From the IMG/VR virus record IMGVR_UViG_2563366802_000014: a stretch of 39,173 nt of DNA. One strand, given 5' to 3'. Numbering within the stretch: position 1 is the stretch's first letter; every line of letters begins with the position of its first letter. Shown here one piece after another: positions 18,716 through 27,749 of this stretch. Both the position numbers and the translations under genes were made by a program. Source of the stretch: a virus. Lineage: Duplodnaviria; Heunggongvirae; Uroviricota; Caudoviricetes. The notes below the pieces were generated by a model. That model searched no databases. It worked only from the letters and a program-made list of their open reading frames with translations, and had not been told where the DNA came from.

Positions 18716-19320
18716 CAGGACAACCTCGCAATGGTAAACTCGTCAACCGGTGGCTGTGGTTCCTGTGATTCATTCTGGCTATGCGAACCAGCACTAAGAA
18801 TCACGCGATTGTACATATTGAGAGCAAATGTACCGAGATCCGCATTCCCAGTCAGCGCCATGTTAATAGCTGCCGCAAGACGCCAGGCCAACGCCTCCAT
18901 AAAAATGGCATCAAACATGTTCACATCTGAAACGCGAGAGACATACTTGAGCCATGCCTGAGGCTGGTCTGTGTAGATCAACTTTCCTGTTCCGTTGGTG
19001 TCTGCACCAACTTCGTACTGAACGCGCATTGCTGCTGTTGGATTGCGTACACCAGGAAGCATAATTTCACTAATGCGCAGACAATCGGACGGGTACTGAT
19101 ACGCATATTCCCAGTCAGGCGGTGGATTGCTCGTATCTGCAAGCGCCACGCGTTTGGTAGCAAAGTTCCAGTCAAAATCAGAAAGCACAGCATCACGGCA
19201 GGCCTCAAAGTGCAGCGAACATTCCCCCGCTTCCTTGCTGGCTTCCGTCAGGCTGTTAATGCTGCGGCTATTGCCAATATTGGACAGCGCACGATTGCAG
19301 ATCTCTACTACAGAGGCCAT
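18715..19320 (-). CDS. Tail tubular protein A-like / adaptor protein (201 aa)
   Basis: Size and position upstream of the 823-aa gene; inferred by gene order. Confidence 0.45.
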   Translation of the reverse strand: MASVVEICNRALSNIGNSRSINSLTEASKEAGECSLHFEACRDAVLSDFDWNFATKRVALADTSNPPPDWEYAYQYPSDCLRISEIMLPGVRNPTAAMRVQYEVGADTNGTGKLIYTDQPQAWLKYVSRVSDVNMFDAIFMEALAWRLAAAINMALTGNADLGTFALNMYNRVILSAGSHSQNESQEPQPPVDEFTIARLS

Positions 19321-19643
19321 TACTCACCCCCATTGCCGTACAGGGTTTCAGCCGCTGATTTTTCTACATCCCCGGAAACAGGAGCGATCGCCATATCAGT
19401 GATCTGCAGATCGGCGCTGCGATTAACACCATCGTCAGTTTCTCTGGCAGACAGGCCTCGAATAACAGCCTTTGCAGTTATCATCACTTCTGTTCCGACG
19501 CCCTGAGGTTGCGCCTTCAGCTTATTCAATGTGTCGTTATTAAGAGTGATGCACAGCCCCCACGGGTATTCATCGCGAGTTCTGGTTTCTCCGCTCTCAT
19601 CCTGGTAGCTGTCAGTGCCGGTTTTGAGGTTTACGAGTTCCAT
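19320..19643 (-). CDS. Hypothetical virion protein (107 aa)
   Basis: Start reassigned to ATG 19643 with RBS AGGAG 5 nt upstream; possible small capsid-associated protein by position. Confidence 0.5.
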   Translation of the reverse strand: MELVNLKTGTDSYQDESGETRTRDEYPWGLCITLNNDTLNKLKAQPQGVGTEVMITAKAVIRGLSARETDDGVNRSADLQITDMAIAPVSGDVEKSAAETLYGNGGE

Positions 19644-19693
19644 ATACACTCCTGCAATAAAGGGGCCGAAGCCCCTTGTCTGATCCGCGAGGC

Positions 19694-20038
19694 TTACACG
19701 CCCAGTTCTTTACGCTTATCTGCGATCTTCTCGCGGAGCGTTTCGGCTTTGGCGTTATGGTGTGGCTTCTCGTTAAAGAGCAATTCGTACTCTTCACGGA
19801 GCTTATCCAGTTCACCATCATCTGACACATCGTTGATGATTTTGGTGCTGGTTGCTGCCATTGACACCTTTCCTGCAACTTTTGCTTTTGCCTGTCTGGC
19901 TGCATCGTTCACAGGTTCCAGTGCGCTACCAGGCTCACCTTCGTATTCGATTTCTGCCCCCTCCGGCCACAGAGTGTTATGGATATGAGAGAGGCGCAGA
20001 ACGCGGTATCTTGGTTTCTCACCTGACATCGATATCAC
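19694..20038 (-). CDS. Hypothetical head-module protein (114 aa)
   Basis: ORF from track within the head gene run; followed by a hairpin at 19661-19676. Confidence 0.5.
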   Translation of the reverse strand: MISMSGEKPRYRVLRLSHIHNTLWPEGAEIEYEGEPGSALEPVNDAARQAKAKVAGKVSMAATSTKIINDVSDDGELDKLREEYELLFNEKPHHNAKAETLREKIADKRKELGV

Positions 20039-20039
20039 C

Positions 20040-20477
20040 TTAACCAGTTACTTTTGAGCGGATCGGGTACGGCGTATTGGCATCAACATCCAGACTGATA
20101 CCCGCAGTGAATTTGCCGGCCGTTAGTGGGCCAGTTGCGACGGAGTAGTTAACACGCAGATATCGCTGAACACCGGCAGGCACCTTTGCAGAAACAACTC
20201 GTTTACCTGCTGCCAGGGCGGTCTTTGCCAGTGCGCCACTATCATAAATAGTGGTCCATGAGCTGTTATTCTCACTCGTCTGCAACTGGATGTTTACAGT
20301 TGCCTCACCACTTGCCGTGGCGGCTTCGTTAACCAGCACCCAAAACTCAAGCGGGTAACCCACACCGATATCGCGACGGTTTCCATCAATTGGACCGAGA
20401 TCGATTACGTCAGTAGAAGCCGCGGTATTCGTAACCGCCTGAGCTTCGGAGAACATCAACAGTTTGTCGGTGATCAT
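20040..20477 (-). CDS. Putative capsid decoration / cement protein (145 aa)
   Basis: Small gene directly downstream of the major capsid gene; role inferred from position. Confidence 0.4.
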   Translation of the reverse strand: MITDKLLMFSEAQAVTNTAASTDVIDLGPIDGNRRDIGVGYPLEFWVLVNEAATASGEATVNIQLQTSENNSSWTTIYDSGALAKTALAAGKRVVSAKVPAGVQRYLRVNYSVATGPLTAGKFTAGISLDVDANTPYPIRSKVTG

Positions 20478-20528
20478 CTTCTTTCTCCATTAGTGGGTCT
20501 GTTACGACCCACAGGTTAATAACAGGCG

Positions 20529-21521
20529 TTACACCACGCGGGCTTCTGTTTCCAGAAGCGCATCAGTTTCACGGATTGGTACACCACGGAATGAAGTCCA
20601 CCACTCGCCTTCTGTCTCTTTTACGCTGATCGCCAGAGATGTTTTCTCCAGAGATTGCAGATCAAGAGCCTGGCCTACAGTGCGGTTCATGTAGAACACC
20701 GGGCGACCCATGCCACGATTTGGAATGCGATGCAGTGCTTTAACCATCAACTTCGCAATATTTGCGGCAGAGGAAGGTTCTGAAAGATTGCTGACATCGA
20801 TGTTTGCAATGCGAACAACATAACGCCAGTCACGCAGAGCAAGTCCGTTGTCCCATTTGTAATGGGTACGGTAGCCTTCGTACTTGCCGCCATTCGCATC
20901 TTCCAGTGTCACCTGGCCTTTATCTTCCATCTGGATGCCAGCCTTCTGCCCTTTCGGGAAGATGCCATGCACGGTGTTTTCGCCCCACACCACTAACCAG
21001 ATTGAGGTGTTATCTGTACCCGTGCCACCAGCATCAATGATGTTCTGAGCATTACCCGCAGACAGGCTGGAATAGCGGGAGGACAGTCCCATAAACTGCT
21101 GAGGGTTAACGCTGGAATCACCATAAAACAGTGTCTGCGCCATCTGCTGATTCATCGCTTCAATAAATGCGCGGTCTTCAGACAGGCGGAATTCGGCGGT
21201 ATTACCGTTCAGATCAGCCAGTGACTTATCGACTTCAGCATAGGTTTCCAGCATGCCAACGGAATCGGTTACCTGCACTGTGGTTGATTTGCTTGGCTGT
21301 ACGCCATAGTTCAGCAAACGCCAGGTAGCTGAAGGTAAACCAGAACGAATGGTGGTTCGGTGTCCGGTAGGAAGGTTCCCTTCGACAAAAGGCATATCCT
21401 GAAGGATCGGGTTAGTTTGACCGAGAAGCTCGATAATCTTATCGACTTTCCCGTTTGGATCGACGCGCTTACCCCAGTCAGCCAGCGTTAGCGCAGTTAA
21501 GCCTTTAACAGCCATTGTCAT
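20529..21521 (-). CDS. Major capsid protein
   Basis: 330-aa ORF directly downstream of the scaffold gene in portal-scaffold-capsid order; followed by a stem-loop at 20493-20512. Confidence 0.7.
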   Translation of the reverse strand: MTMAVKGLTALTLADWGKRVDPNGKVDKIIELLGQTNPILQDMPFVEGNLPTGHRTTIRSGLPSATWRLLNYGVQPSKSTTVQVTDSVGMLETYAEVDKSLADLNGNTAEFRLSEDRAFIEAMNQQMAQTLFYGDSSVNPQQFMGLSSRYSSLSAGNAQNIIDAGGTGTDNTSIWLVVWGENTVHGIFPKGQKAGIQMEDKGQVTLEDANGGKYEGYRTHYKWDNGLALRDWRYVVRIANIDVSNLSEPSSAANIAKLMVKALHRIPNRGMGRPVFYMNRTVGQALDLQSLEKTSLAISVKETEGEWWTSFRGVPIRETDALLETEARVV

Positions 21522-21529
21522 TTCCTCTC

Positions 21530-22225
21530 TTATTTGCCATAGAGCACTTCGGCCGCACTACGCTGGCCTTCATTACCACCGGTGACCATGCCATCTTCAG
21601 ACATCGCCTTTCCGATTTTCACGAACGTTTTGACCAGATCAGGGTGATTACCCAGCCCGGTGGTGTTCAGATATTCTTTGAGTTCAGGTGTCCCGAACTG
21701 GTCAAGCGCACGCTGTGCGGCGCTAAGGTTAGAAATCAACTTGTCGCCACCGATTTCTTTGTCAGCTTTTACATCCGCAGCCCACTGCTCGGTTGTTTTC
21801 TGCCAGGCTTCTGCCTGGCGCTGCTGAACACCTGCCAGAATCTTCGGATAAGCATCAACCAGCTTTTGCGCTTGCTCGTTGGTCAGGTTAAGTTCTCGCG
21901 CCACCGGCTCGAATTCCTTCAACGCTTCTGTATCCAGTTCTACGCCTTCGGCAGCCTGAAACTCGTACTTCTCAGGCGCACCCTCTGGTTTATCGCCGTC
22001 CTTTTTTTCATCCTGCTTATCGTTTTCAGGCTTTTTGTCATCAGCAGGTTTATCGCCATCAGCAACAGGTTGTGGCTTATCACCTTCCTGTTGTGATGGA
22101 TCACCAACTGGAGCAGGGTTATCACCTGCAGGCGCTGACGGTTCTGACGCAGCCGGAGCTGCTCCACCATCGACTGGTTGCTCATTGCAAAGACGGCGAT
22201 ACAGCAAACGCTCAAATAAACTCAT
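21530..22225 (-). CDS. Scaffolding protein
   Basis: Acidic, Pro/Asp/Lys-rich low-complexity N-terminus with helical C-terminus, lying between portal and capsid genes; start set at ATG 22225 with RBS AGGAG. Confidence 0.65.
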   Translation of the reverse strand: MSLFERLLYRRLCNEQPVDGGAAPAASEPSAPAGDNPAPVGDPSQQEGDKPQPVADGDKPADDKKPENDKQDEKKDGDKPEGAPEKYEFQAAEGVELDTEALKEFEPVARELNLTNEQAQKLVDAYPKILAGVQQRQAEAWQKTTEQWAADVKADKEIGGDKLISNLSAAQRALDQFGTPELKEYLNTTGLGNHPDLVKTFVKIGKAMSEDGMVTGGNEGQRSAAEVLYGK

Positions 22226-22227
22226 GA

Positions 22228-22524
22228 TCACTCCTGTTCACTGGCCTCTTTGGCCATCTTCAAATACTGTTCAGGGCAATGCGCCATAACGCGCTGAAAC
22301 AGTTCCAGCGCCAGATTGCGTTGCCCCTCATTAAATGCCATTGCCATAGCGTCCATCGGTGAGATAGCGGAAAACACACGGCCTTTCTCCAGCACCGACC
22401 AGACAACGCGACGCCCCTGTTCGCTGCTCATGACAAAGCGAATGTCATCAATTTCACGCTGCGCCATGTCACGTTGCTTACGGGCGTTTTCTTCTTTCAG
22501 TTGATCGTCTTCGTAATCTGTCAT
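22228..22524 (-). CDS. Hypothetical head-module protein (98 aa)
   Basis: ORF from track between portal and scaffold genes, translationally coupled. Confidence 0.5.
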   Translation of the reverse strand: MTDYEDDQLKEENARKQRDMAQREIDDIRFVMSSEQGRRVVWSVLEKGRVFSAISPMDAMAMAFNEGQRNLALELFQRVMAHCPEQYLKMAKEASEQE

Positions 22525-24200
22525 TGTGATTGCCCACCCTGACCACTAACTGCATTCGCCATAGCTGACAAAACACTCGGATCCGAAGTTTTAGCTTCGC
22601 TTAGCGTCTTGGCACCCTGTGCCGCCGCCATCCCCATCGCCATCATTTGTTGCTGCTGTTGCTGCTGTGCCCGTTGCTGGCGAGCATGCTCAACCTGTTC
22701 CTGCGGAACAATGACGGTTGGAGACACTCCGGACATATCAGCGAATGCATCGATCGCCTGATCAACGTTGAGTTTGTCGAGAGCTTCTGGTTTCGCTTGC
22801 GCAAGTTGACCAATGAAGTTAACCGTGGACGCCAGACTGGACAGGCCGATAGACTTCTGCGCCTGAGCCATGACGGAAATGTATTCGACCTTCAGGGGCA
22901 TGCCTTCCATCGCGTCAGGCGGTGGCGGCAGCATGTTTTTACGCACCATCATAGAGAAAGCGCGGTCAATGAGAGGATTAAGACATTCGTCGTTCAGACG
23001 CTCCAGAACCGGCCCCAACATCAGAAGTTTTTCTTCTTTCATTTCGATCACCGCTTCAACAGGCATCGAGCGGGTATTGATGTTCTGCAACATCATGAAC
23101 AGATCGACAAAGTAGGCGCTGTTAATGATTTGGCGAGTGTCCTGAATGTCTGCCACCAGATCTGCTGTACTGGGGTTAACCAGATAAGCAGGCCTGAAAC
23201 CATCCTGACCAGTAATCTGATCGATATACGTGATGTCGCCAGGAAGAAGGGAGGCGCGCTGATTCTTGAGGGAAGTCGGAGCAACCATCGGCGGATTGGT
23301 GGCTTTATCAATCAACTGCGACTTGCGCTTCTGGAGAAGCTGCAATGCCTTAACAGGTCCAAGCGCCAGCATACCCGGGCATGATGATCCATAAACATCT
23401 TCGCCGTTAACTTCCCAGCGCGGAGCCATAATTGGAAACTCATCGAATCCGGACTCACGCAACAACTTGTCGTTATCGCCGCCAACCTCGTAATAAACCG
23501 ATTTGAATGGCTTGTTCTTGCTATCCAGCTTCGATGTATCGCGGTCAATGTTCGGGTAAACCGAATGCATCACTTCGATCCACTTCTCGTAGGTGCCGCT
23601 TTCCCACATGCTTTTTACGGATTCGCTGACGTTATTTAGCCCGAACTCCTGAACAAGCTGACGAACAGTCATAGAGAACTTGCGAAAACAGGTGTCAACA
23701 CTGCCACGAGGTGAGTTAGCCAGGTAGTAACTGCCTATCGGGAATGGCATTGTGCGAATGATGTCCTCGTCATCCTCCAGCACTGCCATTGCACCAGTGC
23801 TGTATGTGCCGAGGCTTCCGTATAACTGCGGAAGAGACTGGTAGAGATTCGACTTATTGAACATATCGTTCATGCGGTTCTGCACCGCCTCAAGCCACAA
23901 CTTAACAGGGCCATAATCCATCATTTCAGGATCTGGCGTAGCCAGGCGAAACCACGGACGCGCGGGGCTTGTGATGCCTGACATCATGCCGCTGGCGAGA
24001 GTGCGCGCCGCCATAGTCCCGGTCGAATCAATAATGCGTGTATTGCGTCGATCGTTACGGTTGACCTCTGAAGTCAGAAAGCGGGAACCACGCGGGTTGA
24101 TGTAATCACTCAACTCGCGCCAGTGCGGCTCGAACGACTGACGCTCGCTTTCAAGTTGTGCGAACTGTTTGTTCAATCGCTCTTTAGTTGTTTCCGCCAT
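22521..24200 (-). CDS. Portal protein
   Basis: 559-aa ORF downstream of the terminase genes; Gln-rich C-terminal tail; function by position and size. Confidence 0.7.
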   Translation of the reverse strand: MAETTKERLNKQFAQLESERQSFEPHWRELSDYINPRGSRFLTSEVNRNDRRNTRIIDSTGTMAARTLASGMMSGITSPARPWFRLATPDPEMMDYGPVKLWLEAVQNRMNDMFNKSNLYQSLPQLYGSLGTYSTGAMAVLEDDEDIIRTMPFPIGSYYLANSPRGSVDTCFRKFSMTVRQLVQEFGLNNVSESVKSMWESGTYEKWIEVMHSVYPNIDRDTSKLDSKNKPFKSVYYEVGGDNDKLLRESGFDEFPIMAPRWEVNGEDVYGSSCPGMLALGPVKALQLLQKRKSQLIDKATNPPMVAPTSLKNQRASLLPGDITYIDQITGQDGFRPAYLVNPSTADLVADIQDTRQIINSAYFVDLFMMLQNINTRSMPVEAVIEMKEEKLLMLGPVLERLNDECLNPLIDRAFSMMVRKNMLPPPPDAMEGMPLKVEYISVMAQAQKSIGLSSLASTVNFIGQLAQAKPEALDKLNVDQAIDAFADMSGVSPTVIVPQEQVEHARQQRAQQQQQQQMMAMGMAAAQGAKTLSEAKTSDPSVLSAMANAVSGQGGQSQ

Positions 24201-24214
24201 TTCAATGACTCCGG

Positions 24215-24421
24215 TTACTGACCAAGCAGCGTTTTACCGCTGGTATTAGCGGTTGATGTGTCGCCCTGAGAACCAGTAAGCAGCGTAGAACTACGACCAG
24301 CAGCAGCGCGACGGCGACGTGTTTCTTCGTCGCGGGCATCAACAACGGCGGCATCCTGCTCCTGTGGTGCTGCCTGAACTTCTGGTGTTGCAGGCACTGA
24401 TGGTGAGCTACCCATGCACAT
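24215..24421 (-). CDS. Small hypothetical protein (68 aa)
   Basis: Ala/Arg/Glu-rich ORF with RBS GGAG 8 nt upstream, ending 15 nt before the portal start. Confidence 0.35.
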   Translation of the reverse strand: MCMGSSPSVPATPEVQAAPQEQDAAVVDARDEETRRRRAAAGRSSTLLTGSQGDTSTANTSGKTLLGQ

Positions 24422-24511
24422 ATCAATGACTCCGTACGCAATTAAATTATTACCAATTTAACCACATATGATTTATTTATCGTAGGTAGTTGACATTTAA
24501 CGCACGAATTA

Positions 24512-24526
24512 TTACCTTTAAGGTAA
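24512..24526. promoter_or_regulatory. Operator-like palindrome TTACCtttaaGGTAA next to a TTGACA -35-like hexamer
   Basis: Perfect copy; TTGACA at 24490-24495 on the plus strand. Confidence 0.55.
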
Positions 24527-24848
24527 CCAAAGAGCTCATTCCGGTTACTAACCTGACTGGCTTGTCGTTAAATTGAACAGGTGGAGTGAGCTTTTATTTT
24601 GAGCAGTACGGCGTATGGCACATGCGACGATAGCGGTCTGGATACGTTTAAGGGGCACCCTCCCTTGCTCGGGCAAACGAACCAGGTAGCCGGAATGTGC
24701 AAGTCGAGCGGTTTTATTCCGCGCACGGGGATACACCATCCCGGCGATTCGGTGTGACGCCTCGGAAGAGGCGAGGGTACAACGATGAGAGCATTTATGG
24801 AGCCGCGACAAAGTGTGGCGCCTTAACAGGCTAAGTGCTCTCAGCGTT

Positions 24849-24925
24849 GTGGCATTAGCTCAGTCGGACAGAGCAACCGCCTTCTAAGCGGTTGGTCGCA
24901 GGTTCGAATCCTGCATGCCACGCCA
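24849..24925 (+). tRNA. tRNA-Arg (anticodon UCU)
   Basis: Hand-folded cloverleaf: 7-bp acceptor stem GTGGCAT/ATGCCAC, D-arm GCTC..GAGC, anticodon stem ACCGC/GCGGT with loop CTTCTAA (anticodon TCT), T-arm GCAGG-TTCGAAT-CCTGC, discriminator G and encoded CCA. Confidence 0.85.
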
Positions 24926-24968
24926 GAATCACGCCTAAGGACCGTGATGCCAGAAGTTCCAGGTGCTT

Positions 24969-25010
24969 GGCGGTGATGGTTTCCCTTGAAGGACTATCAC
25001 CGCCCTTTTT
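24969..25010 (+). terminator. Rho-independent terminator downstream of the tRNA
   Basis: 9-bp stem GGCGGTGAT / ATCACCGCC followed by CTTTTT; the loop is long (18 nt). Confidence 0.5.
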
Positions 25011-25123
25011 ACAGCAGGACGCCATTGCGATGACTTCATGCTGTAAACCCGTACAGCCACGGAAGGCATAACTCATTGCTTCCAGTTCGCCCGGTTCGCC
25101 GGGCATTTTTTTAAGGTGAGATT

Positions 25124-25480
25124 ATGAACGACCAGCAAATCGAAAAAGAAATCGTTGAGAAAGGCAAAACCGCTCCGCGAGTTACGCCTCAATATATCGA
25201 AAGCATCATTCTTGAAGAGCATTTCTTTACTGCTTATGACGGCATTCGTGCTGCCAATATGGGCGTTGGCGATTCATGGACAGCGCATAAATCTACAGAC
25301 CTCCTGACTTTCTGCGTACTGGTGCTGAAGAATGGCTTCACCGTCACCGGAGAAAGCGCCTGTGCAAGCACGGAAAACTTTGATGCAGAAATTGGTCGGA
25401 AGATTGCCCGGCAGAATGCTGTAAACAAAATCTGGATGCTCGAAGGTTACTTGCTGAAGCAGAAGCTAAGCGAGCAATAA
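25124..25480 (+). CDS. Hypothetical phage protein (118 aa), oriented against the flanking packaging genes
   Basis: ORF from track with RBS AAGGTGAG; tentatively resembles a small phage protein family of the Gp49 type, from memory only. Confidence 0.55.
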   Translation: MNDQQIEKEIVEKGKTAPRVTPQYIESIILEEHFFTAYDGIRAANMGVGDSWTAHKSTDLLTFCVLVLKNGFTVTGESACASTENFDAEIGRKIARQNAVNKIWMLEGYLLKQKLSEQ

Positions 25481-25484
25481 CACC

Positions 25485-25496
25485 GTGACATGTCAC
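25485..25496. repeat. 12-bp perfect palindrome GTGACATGTCAC (copy 2 of 3)
   Basis: Begins 5 nt after the TAA stop of the 25124..25480 gene and 4 nt before the terminator. Confidence 0.8.
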
Positions 25497-25500
25497 AAAC

Positions 25501-25528
25501 AGCCAGCCTATGAGCTGGCTTTGTTTTA
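25501..25528 (+). terminator. Rho-independent terminator
   Basis: Stem AGCCAGC / GCTGGCT with 6-nt loop followed by TTGTTTTA. Confidence 0.7.
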
Positions 25529-25570
25529 TCCTCACCAGAGGATATCAACGACATTATCCCCACCAGCGGA

Positions 25571-27046
25571 TTAAGCATAAGGGTCATAATCCGTTATGGC
25601 CCTTCCCTGCTGGCTTTGCTGTCCTGGTATATTTATGCGTTTCGAGACCGGGAAAGCAAACGTCAGCAATAGCGCATCGCCTTTCCCCGGCGAACGCCCA
25701 AGTCGCTCCTTGATATCTTCCTTCGGTTCGATAACGATTTTACCGTCCACGCGAACTTTGTACTCTGCCGTCGACAGGTCGTCCGCTGTTTCCTGGTCAT
25801 CCAGCATGCCGCCGAGCCTCAGCCATGTCTTGCATGAGTTGAACATCTCCCCACGCTTGTTGAGCATCTGCGGGTCAGTAGACGCGCCACCGAACGGAAC
25901 AAGTTGCCATGTACGACCCCAGCCGTCACCGATTGACTTCAGACCAGTTCCGTAACCGAAGTCGATGAACACTGCGTCAGCCTGGTACTGGTCTTCAAAG
26001 TCAGCGATACGCTTCGCCATAATCAGATCGTCAGTGGTCTTGTTGCCGGTCCACAGCACCTTACTATGCAGCCCCTGCCGCAGGTATATCACAGCATCAT
26101 CAACACCGGAGTATGCCGGGTCAACGCCGATTATCACCGGAGCATGTGCCACCTGCGCAGCGGTTATCACCCGTTTCATTGCCTCGTCAGTAAGTCCGGT
26201 AGGGATAAACTGCAATTCAGATGCATCAGGGAATATGCCGCGCACACGGATTTTAACGAAGTCACTGTCTTCCCCGTAGTCATCAACCCATTTCTGCAAC
26301 TGCTGTTTGTTGGTGCCTTCCACCGTCCGGCTGTCAATCTGCGCAGTTTTCCAGCGGTGTTTATACTTGCGGAAACATTCACGGAATCGCCCGGTATTAC
26401 GCGTCGGGTTTCCGAACGCCACCCAAATAATCTCAGTGTCTTCGTCCGTAAGCGCACCCTCGGCAACTTCCCACACCAGATCCGCAATGTTCGACGCTTC
26501 ATCGAATACCACGATAATGCGTTTGCGCTCGTTGTGTAGTCCTGCGAATGCCTCAGTGTTGTGCTCAGACCAGGGGATTGCGTCAGCTCGCCACCGCTTG
26601 TCGTGTCCAGGATCATTGCTGTACATCGCGGTAGCGGTGCAGGTGAACCAGTCTTTCGTGATAGCAAGGTTCGACCACTTGATAATTTCAGGCCAGGTCT
26701 TCGTTCGTAGTTGGTTGTCGGTGTTGGCGGTCACCACGACCTTACAATCCTCGCAAGTGGACATGCCCCAGTTGATCAGCATTGAGATGAATGCGGATTT
26801 ACCAATACCGTGACCAGAAGCACGTGCCAGCATAAGCGGCTGATATCGCGTCTCTGGATTCTGCAGGTGATCACGTATCTCTCGGAACGCATCGGCCTGC
26901 CACTGACGTGGACCGGTGGCATGTGCCAGTTCAGTACCCTCTTCCCCCCACGGGAACGCATAGAGGGCATAGCCAAGCGGATCGTGAGTGAACCCTGCAA
27001 TATCCTCGATTAACTGCTCTTCAGGAGATAACGCTGTATCTGTCAC
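25571..27046 (-). CDS. Terminase large subunit
   Basis: 491 aa; N-terminal ATPase-like region with a candidate Walker A (GHGIGKS); overlaps the small subunit gene end; precedes portal. Confidence 0.85.
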   Translation of the reverse strand: MTDTALSPEEQLIEDIAGFTHDPLGYALYAFPWGEEGTELAHATGPRQWQADAFREIRDHLQNPETRYQPLMLARASGHGIGKSAFISMLINWGMSTCEDCKVVVTANTDNQLRTKTWPEIIKWSNLAITKDWFTCTATAMYSNDPGHDKRWRADAIPWSEHNTEAFAGLHNERKRIIVVFDEASNIADLVWEVAEGALTDEDTEIIWVAFGNPTRNTGRFRECFRKYKHRWKTAQIDSRTVEGTNKQQLQKWVDDYGEDSDFVKIRVRGIFPDASELQFIPTGLTDEAMKRVITAAQVAHAPVIIGVDPAYSGVDDAVIYLRQGLHSKVLWTGNKTTDDLIMAKRIADFEDQYQADAVFIDFGYGTGLKSIGDGWGRTWQLVPFGGASTDPQMLNKRGEMFNSCKTWLRLGGMLDDQETADDLSTAEYKVRVDGKIVIEPKEDIKERLGRSPGKGDALLLTFAFPVSKRINIPGQQSQQGRAITDYDPYA

Positions 27047-27639
27047 TGATTGCCATCCTGACGTTCTTTCAGTCTCTTCCTGGCTGCCGCTATGCGATCA
27101 GCAATTGTCACATTCACATTAACATCCAGGCGTTCTTTGAATGCGTTGACGTCGACGTGCTTACCAATCAGTTCGAGGTTCTTCACCTTGTCAGGCCATT
27201 TAATTTTTTTGAGGATTGTCTCTATCGAATCCTCGTTCATGTTCATGATGGTCGATGACAGATCAAAGCCGCTAAGCGTAGTGCGCCAGATTTTCGGCCA
27301 CTCTCGGATTGGCTTAAGGCTCCCATCGTCGTTGAGGATGTCGATCACGTCCATCTGGTCGATCTCCACCAGACGCATGAGAACGTAATCAGCACTGACG
27401 CGCATTCGTTTGTTGCGCTCCTCCATCAGCTCGGCAATCCGTTTTTGAATGCGTTCATCGCGCATCATGACACTGGCTTTAACTGCTGCTGTATTTGGGG
27501 AGAATCCTGCGTTAATCGCTGCCTGAGTCTGGTTTTCAGGCGTTTTGATGTATGACTGGCAATAAGCCTCCTGCATTGCTGTTAGTGGCTTAAATTGCGT
27601 TGATTTGCGTTTATAGGTTTTAGGTTCAGCAGGCATCAT
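27043..27639 (-). CDS. Terminase small subunit
   Basis: Resembles small terminase proteins and is translationally coupled to the large subunit; start reassigned to ATG 27639 (MMPAEPKTYKRK) rather than the track start 27717. Confidence 0.75.
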   Translation of the reverse strand: MMPAEPKTYKRKSTQFKPLTAMQEAYCQSYIKTPENQTQAAINAGFSPNTAAVKASVMMRDERIQKRIAELMEERNKRMRVSADYVLMRLVEIDQMDVIDILNDDGSLKPIREWPKIWRTTLSGFDLSSTIMNMNEDSIETILKKIKWPDKVKNLELIGKHVDVNAFKERLDVNVNVTIADRIAAARKRLKERQDGNQ

Positions 27640-27671
27640 AACCACCGTGGTAATAGTTACCGTTGTGGTAA
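27639..27671. promoter_or_regulatory. Two adjacent operator-like sites at the terminase small subunit start
   Basis: TaACCaccgtGGTAA (27639-27653, one mismatch) and perfect TTACCgttgtGGTAA (27657-27671), overlapping the start codon and 5' leader. Confidence 0.55.
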
Positions 27672-27681
27672 TAGTACCATG

Positions 27682-27708
27682 CAAAATAAAGCCGCCATAG
27701 TTGGCGGC
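27682..27708 (-). terminator. Rho-independent terminator between the 113-aa gene and the packaging genes
   Basis: Minus-strand hairpin GCCGCC-aactat-GGCGGC followed by TTTATTTTG. Confidence 0.65.
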
Positions 27709-27749
27709 AGTATTCAAAACACATCAAATTCATCATGCATAATCTACTC

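Noticed and set aside
22620-22690. CAG/CAA-rich simple repeat (poly-Gln coding) near the portal C-terminus
   Set aside because: Low-complexity coding sequence within the portal ORF, not an independent repeat element or CRISPR array.
22647-23384. 245-aa plus-strand ORF inside the portal gene, and similar antisense ORFs inside the terminase large subunit and tailspike genes
   Set aside because: Antisense to long coherent coding regions, with no RBS and His/Arg-rich biased composition typical of shadow frames.
24548-24811. 87-aa minus-strand ORF in the tRNA leader region
   Set aside because: No RBS; Arg-rich translation; the region looks noncoding and hairpin-rich, so it is treated as a leader or noncoding RNA candidate instead.
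27640-27717. Extended N-terminus of the terminase small subunit ORF (track start 27717)
   Set aside because: The extension would read through the operator sites and the terminator hairpin; ATG 27639 gives a conventional size.
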